From positions 1-52,526 of the forward strand of contig JBJSXB010000253.1 in NCBI GenBank assembly GCA_046086245.1: a stretch of DNA of 52,526 nucleotides, written 5' to 3'. The first letter of the stretch is position 1; each line of letters begins with the position of its first letter. The DNA comes from Planctomycetaceae bacterium. Lineage in GTDB: Bacteria; Planctomycetota; Planctomycetia; Pirellulales; UBA1268. The translations under genes were made by a program, and so were the position numbers. The notes beneath the pieces are model-generated. The model was not told the origin of the DNA, made no database searches, and saw nothing but the letters and a program-made list of their open reading frames with translations. This document shows, piece by piece, positions 18,316 to 27,285 of the stretch.

Positions 18316-18360
18316 GTCATCCCGCGCCGCGGACGGCCGAGCCGACCGCGGCGGGATGAC
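18316..18360 (-). terminator. Strong GC hairpin immediately downstream of flgM
   Basis: GTCATCCCGC(GC)CGCGG pairs with CCGCGGCGGGATGAC, giving 15 bp with a 2-nt bulge and a 13-nt loop. It starts 2 nt after the flgM stop and separates flgM from fur. Confidence 0.4.
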
Positions 18361-18361
18361 G

Positions 18362-18634
18362 TCAGCCGAGCCGATCGAGCAGCCGATCGAGGGCGATATC
18401 GAGCTTCTCCGGGGTCTCGTAGACCCCGGAGGCGATCTCGGCACGGATCGCGGCGACGCGATCGAGACGGATGTCGGAGGCCGCTTCCGCCGCCCGCACC
18501 CCGTCGACCGACAGCGCGACCGAGTCGTGCACCGCGTTGACGCCGCGGCCCGCTGCGGCCTGCGTCGCCTCGGCACCGGCGACACCCTTGACGGCGGCGG
18601 CACCCTGCGTGATCGAGATTCCGAAGATGTTCAT
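18362..18634 (-). CDS. flgM: Anti-sigma-28 factor FlgM
   Basis: AAGGAG lies 7 nt before the internal ATG at 18634. The C-terminus 'DIRLDRVAAIRAEIASGVYETPEKLDIALDRLLDRL' is the conserved FlgM sigma-28-binding helix region. Confidence 0.8.
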   Translation of the reverse strand: MNIFGISITQGAAAVKGVAGAEATQAAAGRGVNAVHDSVALSVDGVRAAEAASDIRLDRVAAIRAEIASGVYETPEKLDIALDRLLDRLG

Positions 18635-18930
18635 GTCAGCACTCCTTGCAGACGACCCGCGACTCCGTTCTCCCCGTCCCCGGGCGCCATACGGAGCCGT
18701 GCGGGGATCGGTTCGAAACCATCGCGGAAACCGTCCGACCCTCCCATTGTTGCCGCGCCATGCCATCGGGGCGAAGCCGAACGTGGTTCACCACGGTTCG
18801 ACCTCCCGGGGACGCGACTTCCCCGGGATCCATGTTCATCGGCCGCGGACCCCGACCGACTCCAGCTTTTTTCCCGACCCCGCCGCGATCGGGGGTCGCC
18901 CCGTCGTCGCGGCCGGAGTGGCCCTCCCGC

Positions 18931-19749
18931 TCACATCGCGAATTCCGGACGACGTCGCTCCAACTGGTTCTGCAGCCGCTCCACGATCGCACTGTGCATC
19001 TGGCTGACGCGGCTCTCGGAGAGATCGAGGGTCGCCCCGATCTCCTTCATCGTCAGCTCCTCGTAGTAGTAGAGGATGATGATCAGGCGTTCGTTGCGGT
19101 TGAGCCCCTTGGTCACCAACCGCATCAGGTCGGCTTTCTGGATGCGGCGTGTGGGATCCTCCCCCTTTTTGTCCTCGAGGATGTCGATCTCGCGGACATC
19201 CTTCGAGCTGTCTGTCTCACACCATTTCTTGTTGAGGCTGACGAGGCTGGCGGCGTTCGCCTCGACGAGGAGTTTTTCGAAGTCCTCGCGCGAAAGCTGC
19301 ATCTGCTCGGCCACCTCGGCGTCGGACGGCGTGCGGCCGAGTTTCGCCTCCAGCGTCTTGATCGCCTCGTTGAGCTTGCTCGCCTTGGAGCGCACCAACC
19401 GCGGCACCCAATCCATGGTTCGCAGTTCGTCGAGCATCGCACCCCGGATCCGCGGCACGCAGTAGGTCTCGAACTTCACTCCGCGGGCCATGTCGAAGGC
19501 ATCGATGGCATCCATCAGGCCGAACGTCCCCGCCGAGACGAGGTCGTCGAGTTCGACCCCCTCGGGAAGGCGCGACCAGATCCGCTCGCCGTTGTATTTG
19601 ACCAGCGGCAGGTAGACCTCGATGAGCCGGTTCCTAAGCTCGTCCGACGGTGCGGCCTTGAACTGCCGCCACAACTCCTGCACCTCTTCCGGTGCCAGCG
19701 GGGTTGCCGAGTGGTTCGCCACGTGCATCCTCCGTGAAAAAATCGCCAT
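18931..19749 (-). CDS. fliA: Flagellar RNA polymerase sigma factor FliA/WhiG (sigma-28)
   Basis: Sigma-70 regions 2-4: 'LIEVYLPLVKY', 'DLVSAGTFGLMDAIDAFD', 'FETYCVPRIRGAMLDELR', 'ERLIIILYYYEELTMKEIGATLDLSESRVSQMH'. Start chosen at the ATG with GAGGGA upstream. ATGs at 19728 and 19800 are alternatives. Confidence 0.9.
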   Translation of the reverse strand: MAIFSRRMHVANHSATPLAPEEVQELWRQFKAAPSDELRNRLIEVYLPLVKYNGERIWSRLPEGVELDDLVSAGTFGLMDAIDAFDMARGVKFETYCVPRIRGAMLDELRTMDWVPRLVRSKASKLNEAIKTLEAKLGRTPSDAEVAEQMQLSREDFEKLLVEANAASLVSLNKKWCETDSSKDVREIDILEDKKGEDPTRRIQKADLMRLVTKGLNRNERLIIILYYYEELTMKEIGATLDLSESRVSQMHSAIVERLQNQLERRRPEFAM

Positions 19750-19890
19750 CCGTTGGCTTCCCTCGCGTAGACGGACACCGCACGCGCAACCCCTCGACAT
19801 CGGCGGGCCGGCGCGGTGGCCTTGAACCTTTTTTTTCCCGTCGTCACCGCCGGGCGCTCCGTCAGGAACGCCGCGGCCTCACCCACCTTC

Positions 19891-21951
19891 TCAAGCCGCT
19901 CGCACCTCCTCCGGCACGCCGATCGTGGCGAACACCTCGACCCGCTCTTCCTCGGCCACCTCCTCGGCGGCGAACACGCGCACGCCGGGCAGTACGGTGG
20001 ACAGGGTGTCGCGGACGGCGATCCGGCGCGCAGCCGGGGCGACGATCACCGGTGCCGTGCCCCGGGCGGACCGGGCGCGGACGGCGCGGCGCACCTGCGC
20101 GACGATCGCTGCGGCCGCCCGCGGCCCGGCGGCGAGCCGATCGGCGGCCGGGTCGTCGAGCCTCACGACCGCGAGCACACCGGCGGCATCTCGGCTGCGG
20201 CGACAGGCGCCGCGGAACAGGCTCGCGCGGACGGCGGCGGCGAGCGCCACCGGATCGGTGGTCGTGGCGGCGTGGTCGGCGAGGATTTCGAGCACGTCGG
20301 CGAGCGGTCGGATCGGCAGGCCGTCGCGGAGCAGCGCCTGGAGCGTGCGATGGATGCGCGCCACCGGCAGCAGGTCGGGCACCACGGCCTCGACCAGCGC
20401 CGGCGCCGTTCCACGGAGCGACTCGACGAGGCGCCCGACCGCGTCGCGCGACAGCAGACGGTCGGCATGGAGGCGGAGGCCCGCTTCGAGGCCGGCGGCG
20501 ACGACGGCCCCGGCGTCGAGAATGCGGGCACCGCGGAGACGGGCGGTTTCCGCCGCGGCGGCGCCGAGCCACGTGGCGGCTCGCCCGGTGAGGGGATCGA
20601 CGGCTGCGGTGCCCGCGAGGGGGGGCTCGCTGCCTGCCGCCGGGACGACCAGCAGCTTGCCGCCGGGAATCTCCCCTTCGGCGACATGCTCGTCGGCGAT
20701 CGTGATCCGGTAGCCGCGGTCCGGCAGACCGCCGTCGTCACGGAACGCGACCGCCGGCACCACCAAGCCGATCTCCCCGGCGATGCTCGTCCGCAACGCC
20801 GTGGTGCGGGCGACCAACGGCGCGTCGCCTCCCACGAGCCCCAGCAGGCCGCGGCCGAGGGCGACGACGATCCGCTCGTCGGCGAGCGCCTCCTCCGCGG
20901 GCGTCCGCGCGGCTGCTGCGGCAGCGTTCACCACCGGTGCGGGGGCCACCGTGCCAACCCGCGATGAGCGCCATGCCGCGACGCCGGCGACGACCGCCAT
21001 CGTCGCCAACGGCAGGAAGGGCAAGCCGGACAGCGAGAGCAGGCCGAGAAACACGGCGGTCACCGTCAGCACCTGCGGTCGGGTCGCGAATTGGCGGCCG
21101 AGCTCGCGGGGGATGTCGGTGGCCTGGGAAGACCGCGAGATCAGCAGGCCGGTCGCCACCGACACCAGCAACGACGGAACGGCACTGGCCAGCCCGTCAC
21201 CGATCGTCAGCCGGGAGTAGATCTCGGCGGCGCTCGCCGGCGTCATCCCGCGCTGCAGCACGCCGATCGCCATGCCTCCGACGAGATTGACACCGGTGAT
21301 CACCAGGCCCGCCAGCGCCTCCCCGCGGACGAAGCGGCTGGCGCCGTCCATGGCGGCGAAAAAGTCGGCTTGGCGTTGGAGCTCGGCACGCGCCTGGCGG
21401 GCCTGGTCGCGGGAGATCGCGCCGGCGTGGAGGTCGGCGTCGATGGCCTGCTGCCGCCCGGGCAGCCCGTCGAGGGCGAAGCGCGCCGCGACCTCGCTGG
21501 TGCGCGTCGATCCGGCGGTGATCACCACGAGCTGGATGACGGCGATGATGGCGAAGATCACCCCGCCGACGACGAGGTTGTTGGCGGCGACGAACTCGCC
21601 GAAGGCGCGGACGACCTCGCCGCCGGCCGCGAAACCGTCGTCGGCGGCACGGGCGAGGATCAGCCGCGTCGTGGCGACGTTGAGCACCAGGCGCACCAGC
21701 GTCGAGCCGAGGAGGAACGTGGGGAACAGGCTCATCTCGAGCGGCGTCCGGGCCGCCATCGCCCCGAGGATGGCGAGGACGGAGACGGTGAGATTGGCCG
21801 CGAGGAGCAGATCGACCAGCGGCGCCGGCACCGGCGCGAGGATGACCGCCACCGCCGCCAGCAGCGCGACCGGGATCGCCACGTCGGCGAGTCGCGCCGC
21901 GATGAAGCGGGGGCTGAGCGGTGCGGCGAGCGCGGTGCGGGTCCAGGCCAT
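19891..21951 (-). CDS. flhA: Flagellar export apparatus protein FlhA
   Basis: 686 aa. N-terminal TM domain with 'FPTFLLGSTLVRLVLNVATTRLIL', 'FVRGEALAGLVIT' and 'GDGLASAVPSLLVS', followed by the cytoplasmic FlhA-C domain. Confidence 0.95.
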   Translation of the reverse strand: MAWTRTALAAPLSPRFIAARLADVAIPVALLAAVAVILAPVPAPLVDLLLAANLTVSVLAILGAMAARTPLEMSLFPTFLLGSTLVRLVLNVATTRLILARAADDGFAAGGEVVRAFGEFVAANNLVVGGVIFAIIAVIQLVVITAGSTRTSEVAARFALDGLPGRQQAIDADLHAGAISRDQARQARAELQRQADFFAAMDGASRFVRGEALAGLVITGVNLVGGMAIGVLQRGMTPASAAEIYSRLTIGDGLASAVPSLLVSVATGLLISRSSQATDIPRELGRQFATRPQVLTVTAVFLGLLSLSGLPFLPLATMAVVAGVAAWRSSRVGTVAPAPVVNAAAAAARTPAEEALADERIVVALGRGLLGLVGGDAPLVARTTALRTSIAGEIGLVVPAVAFRDDGGLPDRGYRITIADEHVAEGEIPGGKLLVVPAAGSEPPLAGTAAVDPLTGRAATWLGAAAAETARLRGARILDAGAVVAAGLEAGLRLHADRLLSRDAVGRLVESLRGTAPALVEAVVPDLLPVARIHRTLQALLRDGLPIRPLADVLEILADHAATTTDPVALAAAVRASLFRGACRRSRDAAGVLAVVRLDDPAADRLAAGPRAAAAIVAQVRRAVRARSARGTAPVIVAPAARRIAVRDTLSTVLPGVRVFAAEEVAEEERVEVFATIGVPEEVRAA

Positions 21952-22214
21952 CGGCGGTTCCGGGAAGGGCAGGTGCCGCGCCGTCGTCTCGGCGCCGCGG
22001 CGGACCGGCCGCGAGGGGGGCGGGACAGTAACGGTCGTGACGGGGAGGGTAAAGCCCTGTCGCGGGCGACCGAGACGAGCCGCCGCGGCTCCCAGTCGGC
22101 CTTGACACGCAGGATCTCCCGAACGGCGCCTGCGGACGCGAGACGGCTACCGGGACGGCCCGCGGGCCGCCGGTTCCGGCGCTCGGGCGGATAGACTCGA
22201 TCGCGTGGTGATGG

Positions 22215-22670
22215 GTGATCGGACCGTCTGCAGAGGGAGCGCTGGGCGTGCGTTTCGAACGAGGTGGCTTCGCCTTCGACTACCCCGACAACTGGTCGGT
22301 GGAGACCGGTGACGGAGAGGCGCTGGTCACCGTGTCGTCACCGGAGGGGGGCTTCTGGACGGTCACGGCGCACGCCCCCGGCGGCGAACCGCTGCGCCTG
22401 GCGGAAGCGGTCGCCCGGCAGATGCGCCGCGAATACGCCGACATCGACGTCGAGGAAGCGTGCGACACCGTCGCCGGCCGTGCGCTGCGTGGCTTCGACT
22501 TCAACTTCTACTGCCTCGATCTCACCAATACCGCCACCGTGCGGGTGCTCGGCACCACCGCCGCGGTCTATCTGTTCTTTTGCCAGGCGGAGGACCGCGA
22601 TTGGGAGCGGATCTCGCACGTGTTCGCCGCGCTCACCACGAGCCTCGTGAGCGGGCTCGGACCGCGCTGA
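22215..22670 (+). CDS. Hypothetical cytosolic protein
   Basis: GTG start. Balanced, acidic composition unlike the shadow ORFs. 'FAFDYPDNWSVE' resembles DcrB/PsbP-like folds, but this is weak. Confidence 0.4.
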   Translation: MIGPSAEGALGVRFERGGFAFDYPDNWSVETGDGEALVTVSSPEGGFWTVTAHAPGGEPLRLAEAVARQMRREYADIDVEEACDTVAGRALRGFDFNFYCLDLTNTATVRVLGTTAAVYLFFCQAEDRDWERISHVFAALTTSLVSGLGPR

Positions 22671-23221
22671 ACCTCGTGGTGTCTACCGCTGCGGACGACG
22701 CCGCGCGCGGGAAGGGCCGTGACGACACGCACCCATGAAACGGGGCGTGCCCCCCGGGCAGGGATCGACCTCCCCCTGGCTGGGGAAACACGGGCCGGTC
22801 GCGGTCGGGCTTCCGGCGGCAGTGGCTGCGAGAGTGGCCGTCGTGAACCGGGGGGCCGGGTGGCGTCGCGGGTGGTCGGCCCTTCCACCGGAGGCAGGTC
22901 CGGTGGCGGATGAAGTGCCGCCCCACCGGGCGGCCCGAGGCGACGGGTTCCGCGACGCCATCCGGTCTTCCCGGCGACGCCGCAGAATCCTACCCCCGGG
23001 TCAACGTGCGATCGCCAACGGAAGTGCTCCCGGGCCGCACAGTTTGCCGCGTCGGCGACGGTTTGGGAGGGTGGCGCGGATGGGAGGGCGCGCGGCCGGA
23101 TGGACACCGAAGAAAAAACGACTTTCCGCTGAAGTTTTCCCCGGGTGAGCCGTCGGACACCCTGCTGCTACACTTCCGCGTCCTCGCCAGGCCCCGCCCC
23201 GCTGCCCCGGTTCGTCCTGCC

Positions 23222-24301
23222 GTGAAGCTTCTCCCCATTCTCGCCGCCGGCGACGTCGCCGCCACCCCGGGCGGCGGCACGATCCAACTGGCCCACTGGA
23301 TCGCCTTCGCCGTCATGGTGGCGATCCTGCTGACGCTCGATCTCACGGTCTTCCACAAGAAATCCCACGAGCCCTCGCTGCGCGAGAGTGCCTTCTGGAC
23401 GTGCTTCTGGGCCGGCCTGGCGCTGTCGTTCAACCTGCTCGTCTGGTGGTGGCTCGGCGCCCAGCCCGCCATCGAGTTCCTCACCGGCTACCTCGTCGAA
23501 TGGTCGTTGTCGATGGACAACGTCTTCGTGTTCGCGGTGGTGTTCGGCTACTTCGGCGTGCCGCTGAAATACCAATACCGCGTGCTCTTCTGGGGGATCC
23601 TCGGTGCGGTGCTCATGCGGCTGTCGTTCGTCCTGCTCGGTGCCGAGTTGGTGGAGCGGTACAAGTGGGTGTTGTGGCTGTTCGGCGGTTTCCTCGTCTA
23701 CACCGGCATCAAGCTCGCGTGGGGGAACGACGATCACGAACCGGGTGACAATTGGTTGATCCGCACCGTGCGACGGGTGGTGCCGGTGGCCAGCCAGCCC
23801 GCGGGAGACAAATTTTTCGTCCGCGAGACGGGGCGGCTGATGGCGACGCCCCTGTTTCTCGTGCTGCTGGTGGTCGAGAGCACCGACGTCCTGTTCGCGG
23901 TCGACAGTGTGCCGGCGATCCTCGGGGTCGTCTCTCCGGGGACACCCCACATGCGATTCATCGCCTTCACGTCGAACGTGTTCGCGATCCTCGGCCTCCG
24001 CGCGCTCTACTTCCTGCTCGCCGGCGTGATGGACCTGTTCCGATTCCTCAACTACGGCCTGTCGGCGGTCCTGATCTTCGTCGGCGGGAAGATGATCGCC
24101 GAGGCGGCGCGGCACAACGAGTGGCTCTCCGGCATCGGGGGATGGGACGCCCATGCCAAGGGGCACCTCGTCCATCCGGCGGTATCGCTGGCGGTGATCG
24201 TCGGCCTCATCGGGGCGAGTGTCGCGGCGTCGCTGATGTATCCGGACCGGAGCGGGCCGGCCATGGCCGAACGCGAGCACGACGACGTCGAGGCCGTCTG
24301 A
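23222..24301 (+). CDS. TerC/Alx-family integral membrane protein
   Basis: 'EWSLSMDNVFVFAVVF', 'ESTDVLFAVDSVPAILG' and 'TSNVFAILGLRALYFLL' are TerC signatures. GTG at 23222 is chosen so the first TM helix (WIAFAVMVAILLTLDL) is included. The longer ORF back to 22910 looks non-coding. Confidence 0.85.
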   Translation: MKLLPILAAGDVAATPGGGTIQLAHWIAFAVMVAILLTLDLTVFHKKSHEPSLRESAFWTCFWAGLALSFNLLVWWWLGAQPAIEFLTGYLVEWSLSMDNVFVFAVVFGYFGVPLKYQYRVLFWGILGAVLMRLSFVLLGAELVERYKWVLWLFGGFLVYTGIKLAWGNDDHEPGDNWLIRTVRRVVPVASQPAGDKFFVRETGRLMATPLFLVLLVVESTDVLFAVDSVPAILGVVSPGTPHMRFIAFTSNVFAILGLRALYFLLAGVMDLFRFLNYGLSAVLIFVGGKMIAEAARHNEWLSGIGGWDAHAKGHLVHPAVSLAVIVGLIGASVAASLMYPDRSGPAMAEREHDDVEAV

Positions 24302-24377
24302 AAAGCGCCGGCGCCCAGGTCGGGGTAGACTCCCCGCGGCGGGCGTCGCACCGCATCGCCAACCGGGGGACGTGACG

Positions 24378-25862
24378 ATGCAACCTCGTCGCCATGGCCA
24401 CGATCGGCCACCGCTCCGCGCCGTCGAGCGTTGCACCGCGGGCCCGACGCATGGTGCCCCACCCCGTCGATCGGTCGTCCGCGCCGGTTTGATCGGCCTG
24501 GGGGCCTTGTCACTCGACAGCCTGTTGGCAGCCCGCGCCGCCGCCGGGCACGACCGCCGGCGTGCCGTGATCTCGATTTTTCTCTCCGGCGGGCTCGCCC
24601 AGCACGAGTCGTTCGATCCCAAGCCCGACGCGCCGGTGGAGATGCGCGGCGAGTTCGCCACGATCCCGACACGCACCCCGGGCGTCGTCGTCGGCGAACA
24701 CCTGCCGCTGCTCGCCGACCGCAGCGAGAGCTGGGCGCTGTGCCGGTCGCTCACCCACGCCTCGAACGATCACTCCGCCGCCCATCACATCATGCTCACC
24801 GGGCGATCGGACCTGCCCCCCGGCTTCGACCCGAACGGCCCGAAGAAGTCCGATTGGCCGTCGGTGGCGGCGCTCGCCGCACGGTGGCTGCCGCCCCGCG
24901 GGCCGCTCCCGACGACCACCGTGCTGCCGGAGAAACTCGTCCACGCCACCGGCCGGACGATTCCCGGGCAATTCGGCGGGCTGCTCGGGCCGGCGGCCGA
25001 TCCGTGGTTCGTCGAGTGTTCGGCCTTCAATGCGCGGGGCTACGGTGCGTATCCGGAGTTCGCCTTCCATCACCGCAACGGGCCGATCCACGGGCAGGCA
25101 CCGACGTTCCGGCCGCTCAACCTCTCGATCCCGGAGCCTCTCTCCGGCACGCGCTTGCTCGATCGGGTGGCGCTCCGCGACCAGCTCGACCGACAGCGTG
25201 CCCGGCTGGCGGCGGGAGCCGATGCGGGATCGTTCGATCGTTTCCGGGGCATGGCCACCGCCCTGCTCCTCGACCCGTCGGTCGGGGGCGCGTTCGACAT
25301 CGGCCGTGCCGACCCGCGCCTCGTCGATCGCTACGGCGCCAACTCCTTCGGCTGGTCGCTGTTGCTCGCGGCGCGTCTCGTCGAGGCGGGAGTGGGCTTG
25401 GTACAGGTGAACCTCGGCAACAACGAGACGTGGGACACGCACGAGGCCGCCTGGACCAACCTGCGCCGCTTTCTCCTGCCGCCGCTCGATCGCGCGCTGG
25501 CGGCGCTGCTCGACGACCTGCGCGCGCGCGGGCTTTTCGACGACACGATGGTGGTGATGGCCGGGGAGTTCGGCCGCGCGCCGCGGATCACGACGATCCC
25601 CGGGGCACGCGAGCCGGGACGCGACCATTGGGGGCGCGTCCAGAGCGTGTTCCTCGCCGGCGGCGGGGTGCGCGGCGGCACGGTGGTGGGCCGCTCCGAC
25701 CGGCTCGGCGGGGAGCCGGACGACGCCGCGCAACGTCCCGAGGACCTGGCGGCGACGCTCTATACCGCGCTTGGCATCCCCCTCGACGGCGTTTGGCACG
25801 ACGAATCGGGCCGGCCCTTTCCGGTATGCACCGGGCGGGTGATTCCCGGGCTGGGTCTCTGA
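24378..25862 (+). CDS. DUF1501 domain protein (sulfatase-fold, Tat-exported)
   Basis: Tat-like 'RRSVVRAGLIGLGALSL'. Motifs 'ISIFLSGGLAQHESFDPKP', 'GNNETWDTHE', 'VVMAGEFGRAPRI' and 'GRDHWG' are characteristic of DUF1501. Confidence 0.85.
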   Translation: MQPRRHGHDRPPLRAVERCTAGPTHGAPPRRSVVRAGLIGLGALSLDSLLAARAAAGHDRRRAVISIFLSGGLAQHESFDPKPDAPVEMRGEFATIPTRTPGVVVGEHLPLLADRSESWALCRSLTHASNDHSAAHHIMLTGRSDLPPGFDPNGPKKSDWPSVAALAARWLPPRGPLPTTTVLPEKLVHATGRTIPGQFGGLLGPAADPWFVECSAFNARGYGAYPEFAFHHRNGPIHGQAPTFRPLNLSIPEPLSGTRLLDRVALRDQLDRQRARLAAGADAGSFDRFRGMATALLLDPSVGGAFDIGRADPRLVDRYGANSFGWSLLLAARLVEAGVGLVQVNLGNNETWDTHEAAWTNLRRFLLPPLDRALAALLDDLRARGLFDDTMVVMAGEFGRAPRITTIPGAREPGRDHWGRVQSVFLAGGGVRGGTVVGRSDRLGGEPDDAAQRPEDLAATLYTALGIPLDGVWHDESGRPFPVCTGRVIPGLGL

Positions 25863-25955
25863 CGCGCCGTCGTCCCCCGCGCGCCGGGCGTGCTTGCCGG
25901 TGCGGCCGGCGTGGTGTCAATTCAGCGCGTCACGCGCCTCCCCGGGAGCGAATCG

Positions 25956-27248
25956 ATGGCCGCCGACCAAGCCGCACCCTCGCGCGAGGTGGAGCGGCTC
26001 GCCGACCTCTCGCCGCAGCAGTGGAAAAGCGGCATCGCCGCCTGGCTCGGCTGGCTGTTCGACGGCCTCGACATGCACCTCTACACGCTCGTCGCCACGC
26101 CGTTCGTGGCCGAGCTGCTCGGCGGTCTCGACCAGCGCGACGCGGCGGTGGGCCGCACCGGATCGATCATCCAGGCCGGATTCCTCGTCGGCTGGGCGCT
26201 CGGCGGTGGCTTCTTCGGACGGGTGGGCGACCGTATCGGGCGAACGCGGGCGCTCAACCTGACGATCCTCACCTACGCGCTGTTCACCGGCCTCTCGTTC
26301 TTCGCCCAGACCTGGTGGCAGCTGCTCGTCTGCCGCTTCCTGGCGGCGCTCGGCATCGGCGGCGAGTGGGCGGTGGGGGCGGCGCTGATCTCCGAGACGT
26401 GGCCGCGCCGCTGGCGCCCGTGGCTGGCGGCGGTGCTCCAGTCGGCGGTCAACGTCGGAGTGGTGCTGGCGATGGTGGCGGGCATCCTGCTGGCGGCGTT
26501 TCCGCCGCGGACGGTATTTCTCGTCGGCGTCCTCCCGGCGTTCCTCGTCGTCTGGATCCGGCGCGCGGTACCCGAGCCGGAGGAGTGGCATGCCGCCCGC
26601 ACGCACGCTGCGGAGGCCGCGCCGGGAGTGGTCGACCTGTTCCACGGTGCGGTGGCGCGGACGACGGTCCTGACGATCCTCGTCTGCAGCCTGTCGCTCA
26701 CCGCCCACTGGGCATTCATGTACTGGTACCTCCAGCATCTTCGCAATCTTCCCGATCTCGCCACGTGGACCGACGCGGCGAAGACGAGTTATGCGAGCCG
26801 CGCGATGATCGTGGTGATGGTGGCGTCGATCGTCGGCAACTTCGTCGCCGCCGGTATCGCGCGGCGCTTCGGCTACCGCCGCGCCATCGCGCTGCTCTGC
26901 GTGGCGTACTGCGTTGCGATGCTCAGGGCGTACTGGAGCCCGCGGCCCCACGCCGAACTGTTCGAATGCCTCGGGGCGATCGGTGTCTGCCAGGGGGTGT
27001 TCGGTCTGTTCACGATGTACCTGCCCCCGCTGTTTCCCACGTTGCTGCGCACCACCGGCGCCGGCTTTTGCTACAACATCGGCCGACTCGTCGCGGCCGC
27101 GGGCACGGTGATCTTCGGGTTGTTTTCCCAGGTCGGCGACCACCGTCTGGCGCTGGCGAGCGCCGCCTGGCTCTTCTTGCCGGCGGCCGCGGTCGCCTGG
27201 TTGTTGCCCGAACCGCCCGACGAGCCGACGCCGGGTTCCGTCCGCTGA
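25956..27248 (+). CDS. MFS transporter
   Basis: Twelve predicted TM helices. The MFS loop 2-3 motif 'GRVGDRIGRTRAL' is present. 'GWLFDGLDMHLY' is typical of the sialate/aromatic-acid:H+ symporter-like subfamilies. Confidence 0.8.
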   Translation: MAADQAAPSREVERLADLSPQQWKSGIAAWLGWLFDGLDMHLYTLVATPFVAELLGGLDQRDAAVGRTGSIIQAGFLVGWALGGGFFGRVGDRIGRTRALNLTILTYALFTGLSFFAQTWWQLLVCRFLAALGIGGEWAVGAALISETWPRRWRPWLAAVLQSAVNVGVVLAMVAGILLAAFPPRTVFLVGVLPAFLVVWIRRAVPEPEEWHAARTHAAEAAPGVVDLFHGAVARTTVLTILVCSLSLTAHWAFMYWYLQHLRNLPDLATWTDAAKTSYASRAMIVVMVASIVGNFVAAGIARRFGYRRAIALLCVAYCVAMLRAYWSPRPHAELFECLGAIGVCQGVFGLFTMYLPPLFPTLLRTTGAGFCYNIGRLVAAAGTVIFGLFSQVGDHRLALASAAWLFLPAAAVAWLLPEPPDEPTPGSVR

Positions 27249-27285
27249 CGCCGCCGCGCCGCTTCCCTTCACGAGGTTCGCTTCC

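Noticed and set aside
18846-18853. Sigma-28 promoter for flgM (GCCGATGA on the minus strand)
   Set aside because: Only the -10-like half is present. The nearest A-rich run lies ~23 nt upstream rather than the expected ~15, and the site is ~210 nt from the start codon. Mentioned in a finding but not annotated as a feature.
22880-22930. SRP (4.5S) RNA-like string CAGGTCCGG
   Set aside because: The following sequence does not continue as GGAAGGAAGCAGC. The local pairing is a simple CCACCGG/CCGGTGG hairpin, not the SRP domain IV symmetric loop.
22950-23221. Possible yybP-ykoY (Mn2+) riboswitch in front of the TerC gene
   Set aside because: I found no conserved GGGGAGUAG-type L1 sequence or matching L3 element. 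The nearest strings (GGGUGAGCC, CGGACACC) are too divergent. The region is kept only as a 'long unexplained leader' finding.
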